A stretch of 64,000 nucleotides of DNA from Rhodobiaceae bacterium. Lineage in GTDB: Bacteria; Pseudomonadota; Alphaproteobacteria; Rhizobiales; TMED25. Positions 39,743-49,517 of the stretch are shown here, one piece after another (the stretch's first letter is position 1; each line of letters starts with the position of its first letter). The translations under genes and the position numbers were made by a program. The DNA is taken from NCBI GenBank assembly GCA_018651345.1, contig JABIEF010000057.1, positions 8,178-72,177 of the forward strand. The letters run 5' to 3'. The notes beneath the pieces were generated by a model that saw nothing but the letters and a program-made list of their open reading frames with translations, had not been told where the DNA came from and ran no database searches.

Positions 39743-40873
39743 ATGAACGAGAGAAAACAAATTGGCTTAGCTGTCATTGGATGTGGCGTTGTAGGGAGAA
39801 TGCGTTCAACATTCGCAAAAGATTATCCAGGGATTGGTTGGATAGGACTTGCAGATATTAATGAAGACCTAGGTAAGAAATTAAAAGATGATATTGAGGC
39901 TGATTATTTCACTTCGGATTTTGCTGAGCTCATAGCTAGACCAGAAGTTGATGCTGTAATTGTTGCCACATCTACCTGGAGTCATGTTGACCCTATATTA
40001 GCTGCCGTGGAAAGAAAATTGCCAATGTTAATCGAAAAGCCATTAGCAACTGATGCCGTTCAATCGGCAATGGTTTTGAAAGCAATTGAAGATGCTGGCG
40101 TTGATGCTGTTGTTGGTTATACACAAAGGTTTAGAAGACGATTTTTAGTTGTTAAAGAAAGAATTCAGACAGGACACATAGGTGAAGCAACGGCAGTTGT
40201 GGTTCGTGCTTTTATGAATCAGATGGCGCCAACTGGTGAACTTAGACTTACCCAAGATAGAAGGCATTTGACGCCTATGGTTGTTTCAGGAACACACAGT
40301 TTAGACATGGCAATGTGGATGCTTGGCGATCAAGCAAAACCTGTTTCTGTTTACGCAAAATCAACAGATAAAATTATGGGTGCAATGGGCACAAAAGATG
40401 CCACGTTTGGTGTTTTTACAATGGAAGACGGAACAATATTTAGTATGAATATTTGCTGGGCATTGCCAAAGGTATGGCCTGGTGCGGTTTATGGATTAGA
40501 AATTGGTGTTGTTGGCGACAAAGGTGTTATAGATATTGAAGATACTCATAGAGATGTCATTATAGCAAGTGAACTTAATCAAGGGCCAGCATACAGACCC
40601 GACGGATTAAAGATTGAAGCTAATAGAAATGTTGATTTTTTAACTAGTTTCCCCCCTGGTGATTTACATGATGGTGAATTGTGGGGGCCAATGAGAGAAG
40701 AAACAAACTCTTGGTTTGGAAGAATTTATCTTGGAAAAGAGACACCTCATGCTACGGCTGCCGAGGGTCACAGAAATCTTGTCTTAACAATGGCAATGGA
40801 TCTTTCTGCGAAAACTGGGAGAGAAATACAACTTCCTATTGATCCTGTGGAACTAATGAAGGGTTTAGCTTAA
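39743..40873 (+). CDS. Gfo/Idh/MocA family NAD(P)-dependent oxidoreductase
   Basis: 376 aa with N-terminal Rossmann motif IGLAVIGCGVVG and the EKP motif (LIEKPLA). Confidence 0.8.
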   Translation: MNERKQIGLAVIGCGVVGRMRSTFAKDYPGIGWIGLADINEDLGKKLKDDIEADYFTSDFAELIARPEVDAVIVATSTWSHVDPILAAVERKLPMLIEKPLATDAVQSAMVLKAIEDAGVDAVVGYTQRFRRRFLVVKERIQTGHIGEATAVVVRAFMNQMAPTGELRLTQDRRHLTPMVVSGTHSLDMAMWMLGDQAKPVSVYAKSTDKIMGAMGTKDATFGVFTMEDGTIFSMNICWALPKVWPGAVYGLEIGVVGDKGVIDIEDTHRDVIIASELNQGPAYRPDGLKIEANRNVDFLTSFPPGDLHDGELWGPMREETNSWFGRIYLGKETPHATAAEGHRNLVLTMAMDLSAKTGREIQLPIDPVELMKGLA

Positions 40874-40903
40874 AATCAATAATATTTAAATAGGGGAAAG
40901 TTT

Positions 40904-41731
40904 ATGAAAAACATATTAGTTCCATTTGAATATATAGAAACTATGCCACATATACTTGATTGTGCTTTGACGATAGCATCCAAGTTTAGTTCGAGAATAC
41001 AGGGTGTTGCTCTGCAGCAAAGAATAGATACCTTCATCGCACAAGAGGGATCTATCATATTTGATGCTCATCACGATGATAGTCATAAAACAAAGGCTCA
41101 AGAGTTTGGATTAAAATTTGAAGAGCATATTAATTTAGCAAAAACAGAAAATAATTCATTGGTAGGAATTGATTGTAGGTGGTTAAGCCAGGAATTAAAA
41201 AATCAAAAATACTTAGGTGACATATCAAGGGTATTTGATCTAGTGGTAGTATCAAGGCCCTATCAAGAAATGCAAAGCGCAAGTTTAAGTTCAATTCAAA
41301 CTATATTATTCGATGGTGGTAGACCCGTCTTGTTAATTCCAACAAATAAAGAAGTTACTATTGGCATAAATGTTTTAATATCATGGAATTGCACTACAGA
41401 AAGTTCAAGAGCAGTTTTTGCTTCTCTACCAATATTAAAAAAAGCAAAGAAAGTAACTATATTAACTGTAGAAAAAGTTGTTACCGAGGGTCCGAGTGCT
41501 GAAGATGTAGCAGAGTTATTATTAACGCATAATATAAAAGCTAATACCGTAATGTTAAGTAGAGAAGATAATAAAATTGGTCCTGCAATAATTGAATACG
41601 GTAGATCTATTGATGCGGATCTAATAATTAAAGGCGCATACACGCAGAGTAGATTAAGAGAAATAATATTTGGTGGTGCCACAAGATATTTATTGTTAAA
41701 TTCAGAAATTCCAATTTTTCTTGTAAATTAA
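40904..41731 (+). CDS. tandem universal stress protein (UspA) domain protein
   Basis: 275 aa with two Usp-like halves. The C-terminal G..G......GS-type region reads IFGGATRYLL. Confidence 0.7.
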   Translation: MKNILVPFEYIETMPHILDCALTIASKFSSRIQGVALQQRIDTFIAQEGSIIFDAHHDDSHKTKAQEFGLKFEEHINLAKTENNSLVGIDCRWLSQELKNQKYLGDISRVFDLVVVSRPYQEMQSASLSSIQTILFDGGRPVLLIPTNKEVTIGINVLISWNCTTESSRAVFASLPILKKAKKVTILTVEKVVTEGPSAEDVAELLLTHNIKANTVMLSREDNKIGPAIIEYGRSIDADLIIKGAYTQSRLREIIFGGATRYLLLNSEIPIFLVN

Positions 41732-43383
41732 GAAGATTTATTTTTAAAATTCGCAATTAAACCAGCACTCGAACTATCTAAGTTATTATTCAGTAAGTTG
41801 GGTTCAGTGATTATTTCGTTTATTTCTTGGGCAAGTTTTTTGCCTAATTCAACGCCAAGTTGATCAAACGAATTAATATTCCAGATACACCCCATTACAA
41901 ACACCTTGTGTTCGAAGTATGCTATTAGCTTCCCTAATACTTTTGGAGTTAAAGAATCAAACATATATGTTGTAGATGGTTTATTGCCACTAACCTCCAT
42001 ATGTTTTGTAAGTTCATTAAGCTTTTCATTAGATAGAGATTTTTCTGACAACTCTTTTTCAATTATTTTCTTACTGCTCCCAAAAGCCATTGCTCTGCTC
42101 TGAGCTATGCAATTGGAAACAAGCAGATTATGATGGGTTTTAATCTTTGATCTTGTATTTTTTCCAATAAGAAAGTCGACTGGTATAACGTCTGTTCCTT
42201 GGTGCATTAATTGGAAGAAAGAATGTTGCACTTCTGTACCAGTGCCTCCCCATATAATTGGTGAAGTCTTGAGTATGGAGATACTATTATCCCACATCAG
42301 AGTTTTTCCATTGGACTCCATTTCAAGTTGTTGGAGATAACTCGGAAGTAAGGATAAGTGATGCTCATAAGGGACGACACAAGTTGTACTATAATTCATT
42401 ATATTGCGACGCCAGATCGCTATTAAGCCCATTAATATAGGTATATTTTTCTCAATAGGTTGGTTTAAGAAATGATCATCTGCTTCATTTGCGCCTTCAA
42501 GAATTTTTATAAATTTCTCAGTTCCAATTGCGATTGCAATAGGAAGCCCCATTGATGACCATAGAGAAAATCTTCCACCCACCCAGTCCCATATTTTAAA
42601 TATATTTTCTTCATTAATTCCAAAATCTTTTGCACCACTTAAACTATTAGTAATAGCTACAATGTGGTTTTTTATATTTTTAATCCCATTATCCCTTAGC
42701 CATTGGATTGCAGAATTGGCATTGATTAATGTATCATGTGTTGTGAATGATTTTGACGCAATGATTATCAATGTCGTTGTAGGAGATAAACTTTCAATGA
42801 CATCAGATAAATTAGAACCATCAAGGTTTGATATAAAATGAACATTTGGTCCATCGGCATCGGGAGACATTGCGTTGATAACCATTTTAGGGCCTAGGGA
42901 AGATCCGCCTACACCAATGTGAAGAATATCAGTATATTTTTTATCAGTAGAACTAAGATAAATTCCACTTCTTATGTTCTCTGCAAACAGAAGCATCCTA
43001 TTTCTTTCTGTCAGAACATCTTCTATTTTTTTCTTATCTGTATGCTCAGCTAATGGATTCTTTGGATTATACCTGAGTAACGTATGAAGGGCAGACTGCT
43101 CTTCAGTTATATTTATTTTTTCGCCGTTAAACAGTTTTCTAATGCTTTTTTTTATACCGATTGTTTTAATAAAATCAATCAAGTCTTCGAAGGATTTTTG
43201 ATCAATATTTTCTTTTGAAAAATCAAGAAGAAGGTCTTCTGTCATTATTGAAAATTTTTTAAATCTATCTTTGTCTTCCTCAAATAATTTTTTAAGGGAT
43301 TTCTTTTTTACACTTATGGCATTAGTGTTAATTTTCTCCCATAATATAGATATATCTTTTTTTTTATTCATATTTTTAAGCAA
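41728..43383 (-). CDS. pgi: glucose-6-phosphate isomerase
   Basis: 551 aa with GIGGSSLGP, the SKSFTT.DT-type motif and the LPSYLQQL.MESNGK signature. Confidence 0.95.
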   Translation of the reverse strand: MLKNMNKKKDISILWEKINTNAISVKKKSLKKLFEEDKDRFKKFSIMTEDLLLDFSKENIDQKSFEDLIDFIKTIGIKKSIRKLFNGEKINITEEQSALHTLLRYNPKNPLAEHTDKKKIEDVLTERNRMLLFAENIRSGIYLSSTDKKYTDILHIGVGGSSLGPKMVINAMSPDADGPNVHFISNLDGSNLSDVIESLSPTTTLIIIASKSFTTHDTLINANSAIQWLRDNGIKNIKNHIVAITNSLSGAKDFGINEENIFKIWDWVGGRFSLWSSMGLPIAIAIGTEKFIKILEGANEADDHFLNQPIEKNIPILMGLIAIWRRNIMNYSTTCVVPYEHHLSLLPSYLQQLEMESNGKTLMWDNSISILKTSPIIWGGTGTEVQHSFFQLMHQGTDVIPVDFLIGKNTRSKIKTHHNLLVSNCIAQSRAMAFGSSKKIIEKELSEKSLSNEKLNELTKHMEVSGNKPSTTYMFDSLTPKVLGKLIAYFEHKVFVMGCIWNINSFDQLGVELGKKLAQEINEIITEPNLLNNNLDSSSAGLIANFKNKSS

Positions 43384-43537
43384 TCGATTTATTTAATTAT
43401 TTTTTTAATTTAACATATATTTATAAGCGGAGGTGTTTTTTAGAATTCAAATAAATTAAATATATTTATTTGTGAATATTAAACTAATAGTGTAAAAATT
43501 AGAACAATAAATTTAATTATATAATGGAAACCTCTAT

Positions 43538-44683
43538 ATGAGACCTGCGATTATTGCTATTGGGCAATCTGTATATACTCGTCATCCTGATGAGAATCAA
43601 AATACCAGAACATTAATGAGGGATGCTATAATATCTGCCATTAAGGATTCTGGGTTAAAATTATCAGATATTGACGGCCTTGCGATAACATCCTTTTCAA
43701 TTGCTCCAGATTCTGCGATTGATATTGCTTGGAGGCTTGGATTATCATTAAAATGGTTGCTGCAAGATAGCAATGGCGGGTCTTCTGCAATGAATATGTT
43801 AGGTCATGCTTCTAGAGCAATAGAAACTAATGCTGCTTCAAACATAATTATTGTTGCTGGGGATGCCACTGGCCTATCTGGCTACGCAAAAATTGCAAAT
43901 TCATACAATACAGCTACTAGAGACCATCTATCTCCAATTGGTCACGGAGGGCCAAACGGTGTTTATGCATTGGTTACATCTAGGCAGATGAAGAAATATA
44001 ATATAGATAAAATTGATTATGGTAGAATGGCGGTAGCTCAAAGAAAATGGGCATCACTAAATCCTCATGCTGTCTACAAACATGAATTAACTATTGAAGA
44101 GTATATTGATGCCCCGATGGTTGCAGACCCTCTAGCTAGATATGACTGTGTTCCAGTTGTAGCGGGGTCTTATGCCTTAATTATAAGCAGTGAAGATAAT
44201 TGTCCTATAGATAGAAAACCAGTATTTATAAAATCCTTTATGCAAAGCTTTAACTTTGATAACCAAGAAGGCGATGGAACAAACACCGGTATATCTTCAT
44301 TTGCCAATAAAATGTGGGAAGAAACAAAAATGTCTCCAGATGATATTGATGTACTTAGTATATATGACGACTACCCTGCTATGGTAATAGCACAATTGAA
44401 TGATTTAAAAATGATACCAAATGAAGATGTTAAAAGTTTTTTGAACAATGAAATAATGCTAAAAAATAAACCAATAAATACTTGGGGGGGCATGTTATCT
44501 GCAGGACAACCTGGTGGACCAGCAGGAGGACTAAATGGGATCGGAGAAGTTGTTCAGCAGTTACAAGGGAGAGCTGGGAAAAGGCAAGTTAGAAATGCAA
44601 AATATGGAATTGTTACAGGATATGGAATGACACTATACAGGTATGGCGGAACCGCAGCGGCAGCTATTTTAGAGGTAGAATAA
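43538..44683 (+). CDS. thiolase-fold (SCP2-thiolase-like) protein lacking the canonical catalytic residues
   Basis: 381 aa, colinear with SCP2-type thiolases. The nucleophile loop reads NGGSSAMN (no Cys), the HDCF loop reads YDDY (276-279), and GHP reads GQP (Q324). The conserved tail QLQGRAGKRQV is retained. Confidence 0.75.
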   Translation: MRPAIIAIGQSVYTRHPDENQNTRTLMRDAIISAIKDSGLKLSDIDGLAITSFSIAPDSAIDIAWRLGLSLKWLLQDSNGGSSAMNMLGHASRAIETNAASNIIIVAGDATGLSGYAKIANSYNTATRDHLSPIGHGGPNGVYALVTSRQMKKYNIDKIDYGRMAVAQRKWASLNPHAVYKHELTIEEYIDAPMVADPLARYDCVPVVAGSYALIISSEDNCPIDRKPVFIKSFMQSFNFDNQEGDGTNTGISSFANKMWEETKMSPDDIDVLSIYDDYPAMVIAQLNDLKMIPNEDVKSFLNNEIMLKNKPINTWGGMLSAGQPGGPAGGLNGIGEVVQQLQGRAGKRQVRNAKYGIVTGYGMTLYRYGGTAAAAILEVE

Positions 44684-44684
44684 T

Positions 44685-44987
44685 ATGGACATTCTTCAAG
44701 TTTACAAATGTGTAAAGTGCTCAAAAGAAACATTCCCTCAAAAATTAATTTGTAATAATTGTGGATCAATAGATTTTATAATGATTAATAGTGAACATGC
44801 GATTGTTGAAGAGACTTCTATTATTAGGCATATGTTAGGCAGTAAAGATTGGAAGCCAAGAAAAATTGGAAGTGTTCGAACTAATAAAGGCGTGCTTTTA
44901 ACCGTAGGTTTATCAGATGAAGTTGTATCGGGAGATAAAATAATTTTATTTCAAAAAGACGGAGCAATACTAGGTCGTAAAGAATAA
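44685..44987 (+). CDS. DUF35 family zinc-ribbon/OB-fold protein
   Basis: 100 aa with a four-Cys ribbon (CVKC...CNNC) followed by a short OB-like domain. It starts 1 nt after the thiolase-like stop. Confidence 0.8.
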   Translation: MDILQVYKCVKCSKETFPQKLICNNCGSIDFIMINSEHAIVEETSIIRHMLGSKDWKPRKIGSVRTNKGVLLTVGLSDEVVSGDKIILFQKDGAILGRKE

Positions 44988-45014
44988 GAATTTTTTATAA
45001 TAAGGATTAAAGAG

Positions 45015-46646
45015 ATGTTAACATGTCAATACATAGCAAAGTTTCTAAAAAATAGAGGAGTTAAACAGGTTTTTGGCACACCTGGAAGCGATACTATAAA
45101 CCTTATTAATGCTTTTTCTGAAGAGGGGATAAGATATATACTTACTCACCATGAAAATACAGCGGCATATATGGCTTCTACTTACGGGGAGATCATCGGT
45201 ATTCCCGGTGTTGTAATTGTAACAAAAGGACCAGGAGTGACTAATATTACTTCAGGTATTGCAGCTGCCTATCTTGACAGAAGACCTATAATTGTTTTTT
45301 CTGCAATATTAGACCCAGAGCTTCTTGCAAGAAATCCTCATCAAGAAGTTGCTTTAGTTCCATTCTGTGGTTTAATTTCAAAATTATCAGAAGAAATTAC
45401 TTCAGAGAATGTTGTTGAATTGATTGAACGCGCATATTCCTTGTCATTAGAGTCAAGACCTGGTGCTGTTTATCTGCCTATATCTCCTGTACAGTCTGTT
45501 GCGGAGATCAATATGAGCGATGACGAAGCCATAGAAATTATAAATAAAACAGTTTCTATTAAAGATACATTGGTTCCAGATATATCGGTTGCATTAGAAT
45601 TAATATCTAAGGCAAAAAGACCACTTACTTTAGTTGGAGTCAGTGTGGTTGGTACTAACACCTCAAAGGAAGCTGTTGCCTTTATTGAAAAATTGCAATC
45701 ACCAGCATGTGTAACATTGCAAGCAGTAGGTCAAATACCTTGCGATAATAAGTATTATATGGGCATGTACGGTTGGTTTGGAACCCCAATAGACAAAATG
45801 ATGAAAGAAGCTGATTTAATTATCACGGTTGGGTTGGATGGATGGGATATTATAAGGCCATTTAAATCAGAAGTTCCAATACTTAGCATAGATTCTGTTG
45901 ATGCAAATGACAGAACCTTCCAGCCGGTTACAAATGGATTGGTAGGAGATATTGGCAAAATATTATCATCATTATGCAATGGAATAAAAGATGATCGAGA
46001 TCTAGAATGGGGTGCAGACGAGGCACATTCTTGTTACGATAGAATTCATAATTATGAATTGACTGTTAGCAAAGAACATTCAGAGGTTAATGGAATTGCC
46101 CCTCAAGATGTATATAAAGAAATTAGGAAAATAACACCAAAAGATACTATTATAGCAGCCGATGCAGGTGCACATAAATCATTGGCTTCTCAGGCTTGGG
46201 AATCGTATGGTCCTAAAGGTTATTTTGTTTCAAATGGGTTGTCACCAATGGGCTTTTCTATTGGTGCTGCGATGGGGGCAAAATTAGCCGAACCTGATAA
46301 GGTTGTTATATCTTTTGTTGGTGATGGTGGTTTTTTAATGTATGCAGGTGAATTGGCCACTTGGGCAAGATTGAATATTCCTATGATCCAAGTAGTGATG
46401 GTTGATCATTCTCTGACGCAGGTTAAATCGAAACAAGAAAAGCAAGGATTTAATACAGAAGCCACAAGTTTCCAGGCAATAGATTATTGTGCTATCGCAA
46501 GAAGCATGGGAATACATGGAGTAAGCGTTAATAATAAGGCTGCTCTTAGAAAAGCTGTTCTCGACGCTATCGATAAAAATATACCTACAACAATTGAAGT
46601 TATATTAGATGGTGATGAGTATTTGAGGATGCCAAGTGCAGTATAG
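45015..46646 (+). CDS. thiamine diphosphate-dependent enzyme (acetolactate synthase large subunit-like)
   Basis: 543 aa. The PYR domain has the catalytic Glu (HHENTAAYMA). The PP domain has GDGGF-x-...-VMVDHS, meaning the usual NN after GDG-x25 reads DH. Confidence 0.8.
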   Translation: MLTCQYIAKFLKNRGVKQVFGTPGSDTINLINAFSEEGIRYILTHHENTAAYMASTYGEIIGIPGVVIVTKGPGVTNITSGIAAAYLDRRPIIVFSAILDPELLARNPHQEVALVPFCGLISKLSEEITSENVVELIERAYSLSLESRPGAVYLPISPVQSVAEINMSDDEAIEIINKTVSIKDTLVPDISVALELISKAKRPLTLVGVSVVGTNTSKEAVAFIEKLQSPACVTLQAVGQIPCDNKYYMGMYGWFGTPIDKMMKEADLIITVGLDGWDIIRPFKSEVPILSIDSVDANDRTFQPVTNGLVGDIGKILSSLCNGIKDDRDLEWGADEAHSCYDRIHNYELTVSKEHSEVNGIAPQDVYKEIRKITPKDTIIAADAGAHKSLASQAWESYGPKGYFVSNGLSPMGFSIGAAMGAKLAEPDKVVISFVGDGGFLMYAGELATWARLNIPMIQVVMVDHSLTQVKSKQEKQGFNTEATSFQAIDYCAIARSMGIHGVSVNNKAALRKAVLDAIDKNIPTTIEVILDGDEYLRMPSAV

Positions 46647-46650
46647 GATG

Positions 46651-47673
46651 TTATCCGATAACCTCATCATTTTTAGAAGCTTCCCCATAAACTTCAGGGT
46701 TTAAGACATCAAAAGGTCTCTTTCCTTTGAGAAATCTCTCTATATTATGCACAGCTCTCAGCGCCATTTCATCTCTTGTTTCCCTTGCTGCTGATCCTAT
46801 GTGGGGAGTCATCACAACATTTTCTAGATCGAATAATCCTTTCCTAGGGCCTGGGTCTGATTCAGGGACCTCTCTATGAAAAACATCTAATCCTGCTCCC
46901 AATATAACTTTCTCTTTCAGTGCATTTTCTAGGGCTTCTTCATCAACTATTGGCCCACGTGATGTATTAATAAGTATCGAAGTTGGTTTCATTAATTCAA
47001 TTAGATCCTTGCCTACAAGTCCTTTAGTATCATTTGTAAGTGAAGTGCATAGCACGACAAAATCTGCTTCCATGAAGAGATCTTCAATTGCCCTATATTC
47101 GGCGTCACCAAGCATATATTCTTCAGCAGCACTTAATCGTGTTCTTTTGTGATATATTATATTCATATCACAAGCAGCAGCTTTTTTTGCTACCCCAGAT
47201 CCAACGGCACCCATCCCTACAATTCCAATTGTTTTGCCATAAAGCCTAGATCCTAAGAAAGATGTAGATTGATTTTGTGTCCATTTTCCATTCTTTAAAT
47301 ATTCATGTGCTTCTGGAAGTCTCCAAGCTGTTGACATAAGTAGCGCGAAGGTAAATTCAGCTGTTGTTTTGCTAACAAAATTTGGTATACCACAAAGTGG
47401 TACCTTTCTTTCTGTACAAGCATTTTTATCAACAAACGTAGCTTTCATATGCATTGCGGAAACTAATTTAAGTGGTGCTGATTCCATTATTACTTCTCTG
47501 TCAAACTCAATTTCACCCAGTGCAAAGAGAATATCTTTATCTTTTACTTGCTTTAATATTTCATCATGAGGCATAGGTCCATCTGTACCTGTATACATTG
47601 TTACCTCACCAATTGTTTTTAGTTTCTCAACGGCTATTGAAGAAATCTCTTGAGGGATGAATATTTTTGTCAT
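46651..47673 (-). CDS. D-isomer-specific 2-hydroxyacid dehydrogenase (glyoxylate/hydroxypyruvate reductase-like)
   Basis: 340 aa with GIVGMGAVG and the Arg/Glu/His catalytic set (TSRGPIVDE ... TPHIGSA). Confidence 0.85.
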   Translation of the reverse strand: MTKIFIPQEISSIAVEKLKTIGEVTMYTGTDGPMPHDEILKQVKDKDILFALGEIEFDREVIMESAPLKLVSAMHMKATFVDKNACTERKVPLCGIPNFVSKTTAEFTFALLMSTAWRLPEAHEYLKNGKWTQNQSTSFLGSRLYGKTIGIVGMGAVGSGVAKKAAACDMNIIYHKRTRLSAAEEYMLGDAEYRAIEDLFMEADFVVLCTSLTNDTKGLVGKDLIELMKPTSILINTSRGPIVDEEALENALKEKVILGAGLDVFHREVPESDPGPRKGLFDLENVVMTPHIGSAARETRDEMALRAVHNIERFLKGKRPFDVLNPEVYGEASKNDEVIG

Positions 47674-47813
47674 AAATTGTACCTATGTTTTTAAGTGTGA
47701 TTAATATTAAATGCTATATTAGCAATAATAGTTATATATAGATATATGTTTTAATTCAAGTTTTGGATGTAGATTATTTTTTTTGAAAGAGATACAAATA
47801 GAGGGGAAAAACT

Positions 47814-48419
47814 ATGAGTCAATTAGATAAGAATTTAGGACAAAAAACTGTGGTGCCATTGCTTAAAGATGATGAATTCAGCCCAGAATTCATGGTAATG
47901 GTTAGAAGGTTAAAAGAAGCAAAATCAAGTAAGATTAACCGAATTAATAATAGTGCACGTGCGATGGCTCATGCCGATGAATTTGGAATGGCCACTAGAA
48001 ATTATCTCCAGTCTACATGGGATCTTGGGGATCTCTCGAAACCCTTTAAGGCTTTAATTAGGTTTAAAGTAGCAACAACAAATACATGTTTCTATTGCTC
48101 TACACATCAAATAGAACATTTAAGAAGGCTTGGTTGCGATGAAAATAAGATTAAAAATATACAATCATATTTAACTGATGATTCATTCACAGCATCTGAG
48201 AAAGCAGCCTTAGCATTTGTAGACCATATGATGACTGACGCATCCAATATACCAGACAATGTAGTAGAAGATTTCCAGGAACATTATAGCCCGAAGGAAC
48301 GTATAGAAATTGCTTTAACGGCAACAGCAATGAGTGTTCTAAATAAATTTAATGATGCATTTAGAATTCCGATTGAAGATGAAGTGATTGGTATTGGAAT
48401 CGATGTTCCTAAATTATAA
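47814..48419 (+). CDS. AhpD-like/carboxymuconolactone decarboxylase family protein with a CxxC motif
   Basis: 201 aa with CFYCSTH (C-x2-C-x2-H) in a helical CMD-type core. Confidence 0.65.
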   Translation: MSQLDKNLGQKTVVPLLKDDEFSPEFMVMVRRLKEAKSSKINRINNSARAMAHADEFGMATRNYLQSTWDLGDLSKPFKALIRFKVATTNTCFYCSTHQIEHLRRLGCDENKIKNIQSYLTDDSFTASEKAALAFVDHMMTDASNIPDNVVEDFQEHYSPKERIEIALTATAMSVLNKFNDAFRIPIEDEVIGIGIDVPKL

Positions 48420-48440
48420 TTACTTGCCGTAAGCGTTGAT

Positions 48441-48480
48441 AGAATGGACACAGAATACGATTTCTGTGTCCATTCTTTTA
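48441..48480. terminator. bidirectional rho-independent terminator between convergent genes
   Basis: A perfect 15-bp inverted repeat: AGAATGGACACAGAA (48441-48455), loop TACGAT, TTCTGTGTCCATTCT (48462-48476). It is followed by TTTT. Confidence 0.8.
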
Positions 48481-48482
48481 AA

Positions 48483-49457
48483 TTATAGCTTTAGCAATCT
48501 TGTTGCATTTCCACTAAGTATTTTTAGCTTATCTTCTTTACAAAGAGGCACTCTTTCAATCCAATCAACGCCTGGTTTATTGTCAATAAAAGGCCAGTCT
48601 ACTGCAAAGAGAACTCTATCAATACCAAGCTCTTGAACGCAACACATTAAAGCAGGATCTGAGAAATTTCCACTTGTTGTTACATAAAAATTATTACAGA
48701 AAACGTCTCTAAACTCTATAGGCGCATTCCCAGGTCTTTTTAGATTGTGGTTTACTCTCCAAAGTAAAAATGGGAGAGTCTCGCCTAAATGACCAAGGAT
48801 TATTTTTAGATTTGGATGTTTTTCAAAAACTCTTGATAGAACTAATCTAATGGCCATTGTTGCAGTTTCAACTGTATACCCCCAAGCTGCTTGCGGAAAT
48901 AAAGCGAATTCCTCTGTATATTCTTTATAATAAATATCTCTTACTTCAGCATGAGGCATTCCTGGATGCAAATAAATTGGTACATCAAGTGCAGCAGCTC
49001 GTTCGTACACAGCCCAAGATGCTTTAGTATCATCGAACTTACTATTTGTAAGCCCATGAATCATGCCACCTTTGAAACCTAATTTAGTGACAGATCTTTC
49101 AAGTTCATCGGCAGCTTCTGCTGGATTTTGCATTGGCAAAGCCGCAAATCCAAAAAATCTTTTAGGATTTGTTGCAATTTTTTGTGCAAGGTAGTCGTTT
49201 GCATCTTTTGCCACTTTAACTGCAAGTTCGTCGCTAAAGTTATGCACGCCAGGAGGTGCTATAGATAATACTTGGACGTCAATTCCAGCGGCATCCATTT
49301 CTTCAATTCTTTCTCCTCCAAAATCTTCCATCCTTTCAACCATCTTAGGATTTCTAATTCTTGCATTTTTTTGCATACTCTCTTGGAGTTTAGTGACATT
49401 TGGATCTATATAATGTTCTTCTATTGCAATAACTCTTGAGTTCTTAATGAGTGACAT
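48483..49457 (-). CDS. amidohydrolase-2 family non-oxidative decarboxylase (gamma-resorcylate / 5-carboxyvanillate decarboxylase-like)
   Basis: 324 aa, colinear with gamma-resorcylate decarboxylase as I recall it: IAIEEH, FAALP, LGFKG, PIYLHP, ILGHLGETLPFLLWR, TTSGNF, DRVLFAVDWPF. Confidence 0.75.
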   Translation of the reverse strand: MSLIKNSRVIAIEEHYIDPNVTKLQESMQKNARIRNPKMVERMEDFGGERIEEMDAAGIDVQVLSIAPPGVHNFSDELAVKVAKDANDYLAQKIATNPKRFFGFAALPMQNPAEAADELERSVTKLGFKGGMIHGLTNSKFDDTKASWAVYERAAALDVPIYLHPGMPHAEVRDIYYKEYTEEFALFPQAAWGYTVETATMAIRLVLSRVFEKHPNLKIILGHLGETLPFLLWRVNHNLKRPGNAPIEFRDVFCNNFYVTTSGNFSDPALMCCVQELGIDRVLFAVDWPFIDNKPGVDWIERVPLCKEDKLKILSGNATRLLKL

Positions 49458-49517
49458 GATTTCTACCTTTCGTCATTTTTATTTATATGTTTACTTGTAA
49501 TATTAAAAAACAATAAT

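Noticed and set aside
48436-48636. A 66-aa plus-strand ORF after the AhpD-like gene.
   Set aside because: It starts inside the terminator hairpin and runs antisense through the 3-prime end of the decarboxylase gene. There is no RBS and no recognisable motif.
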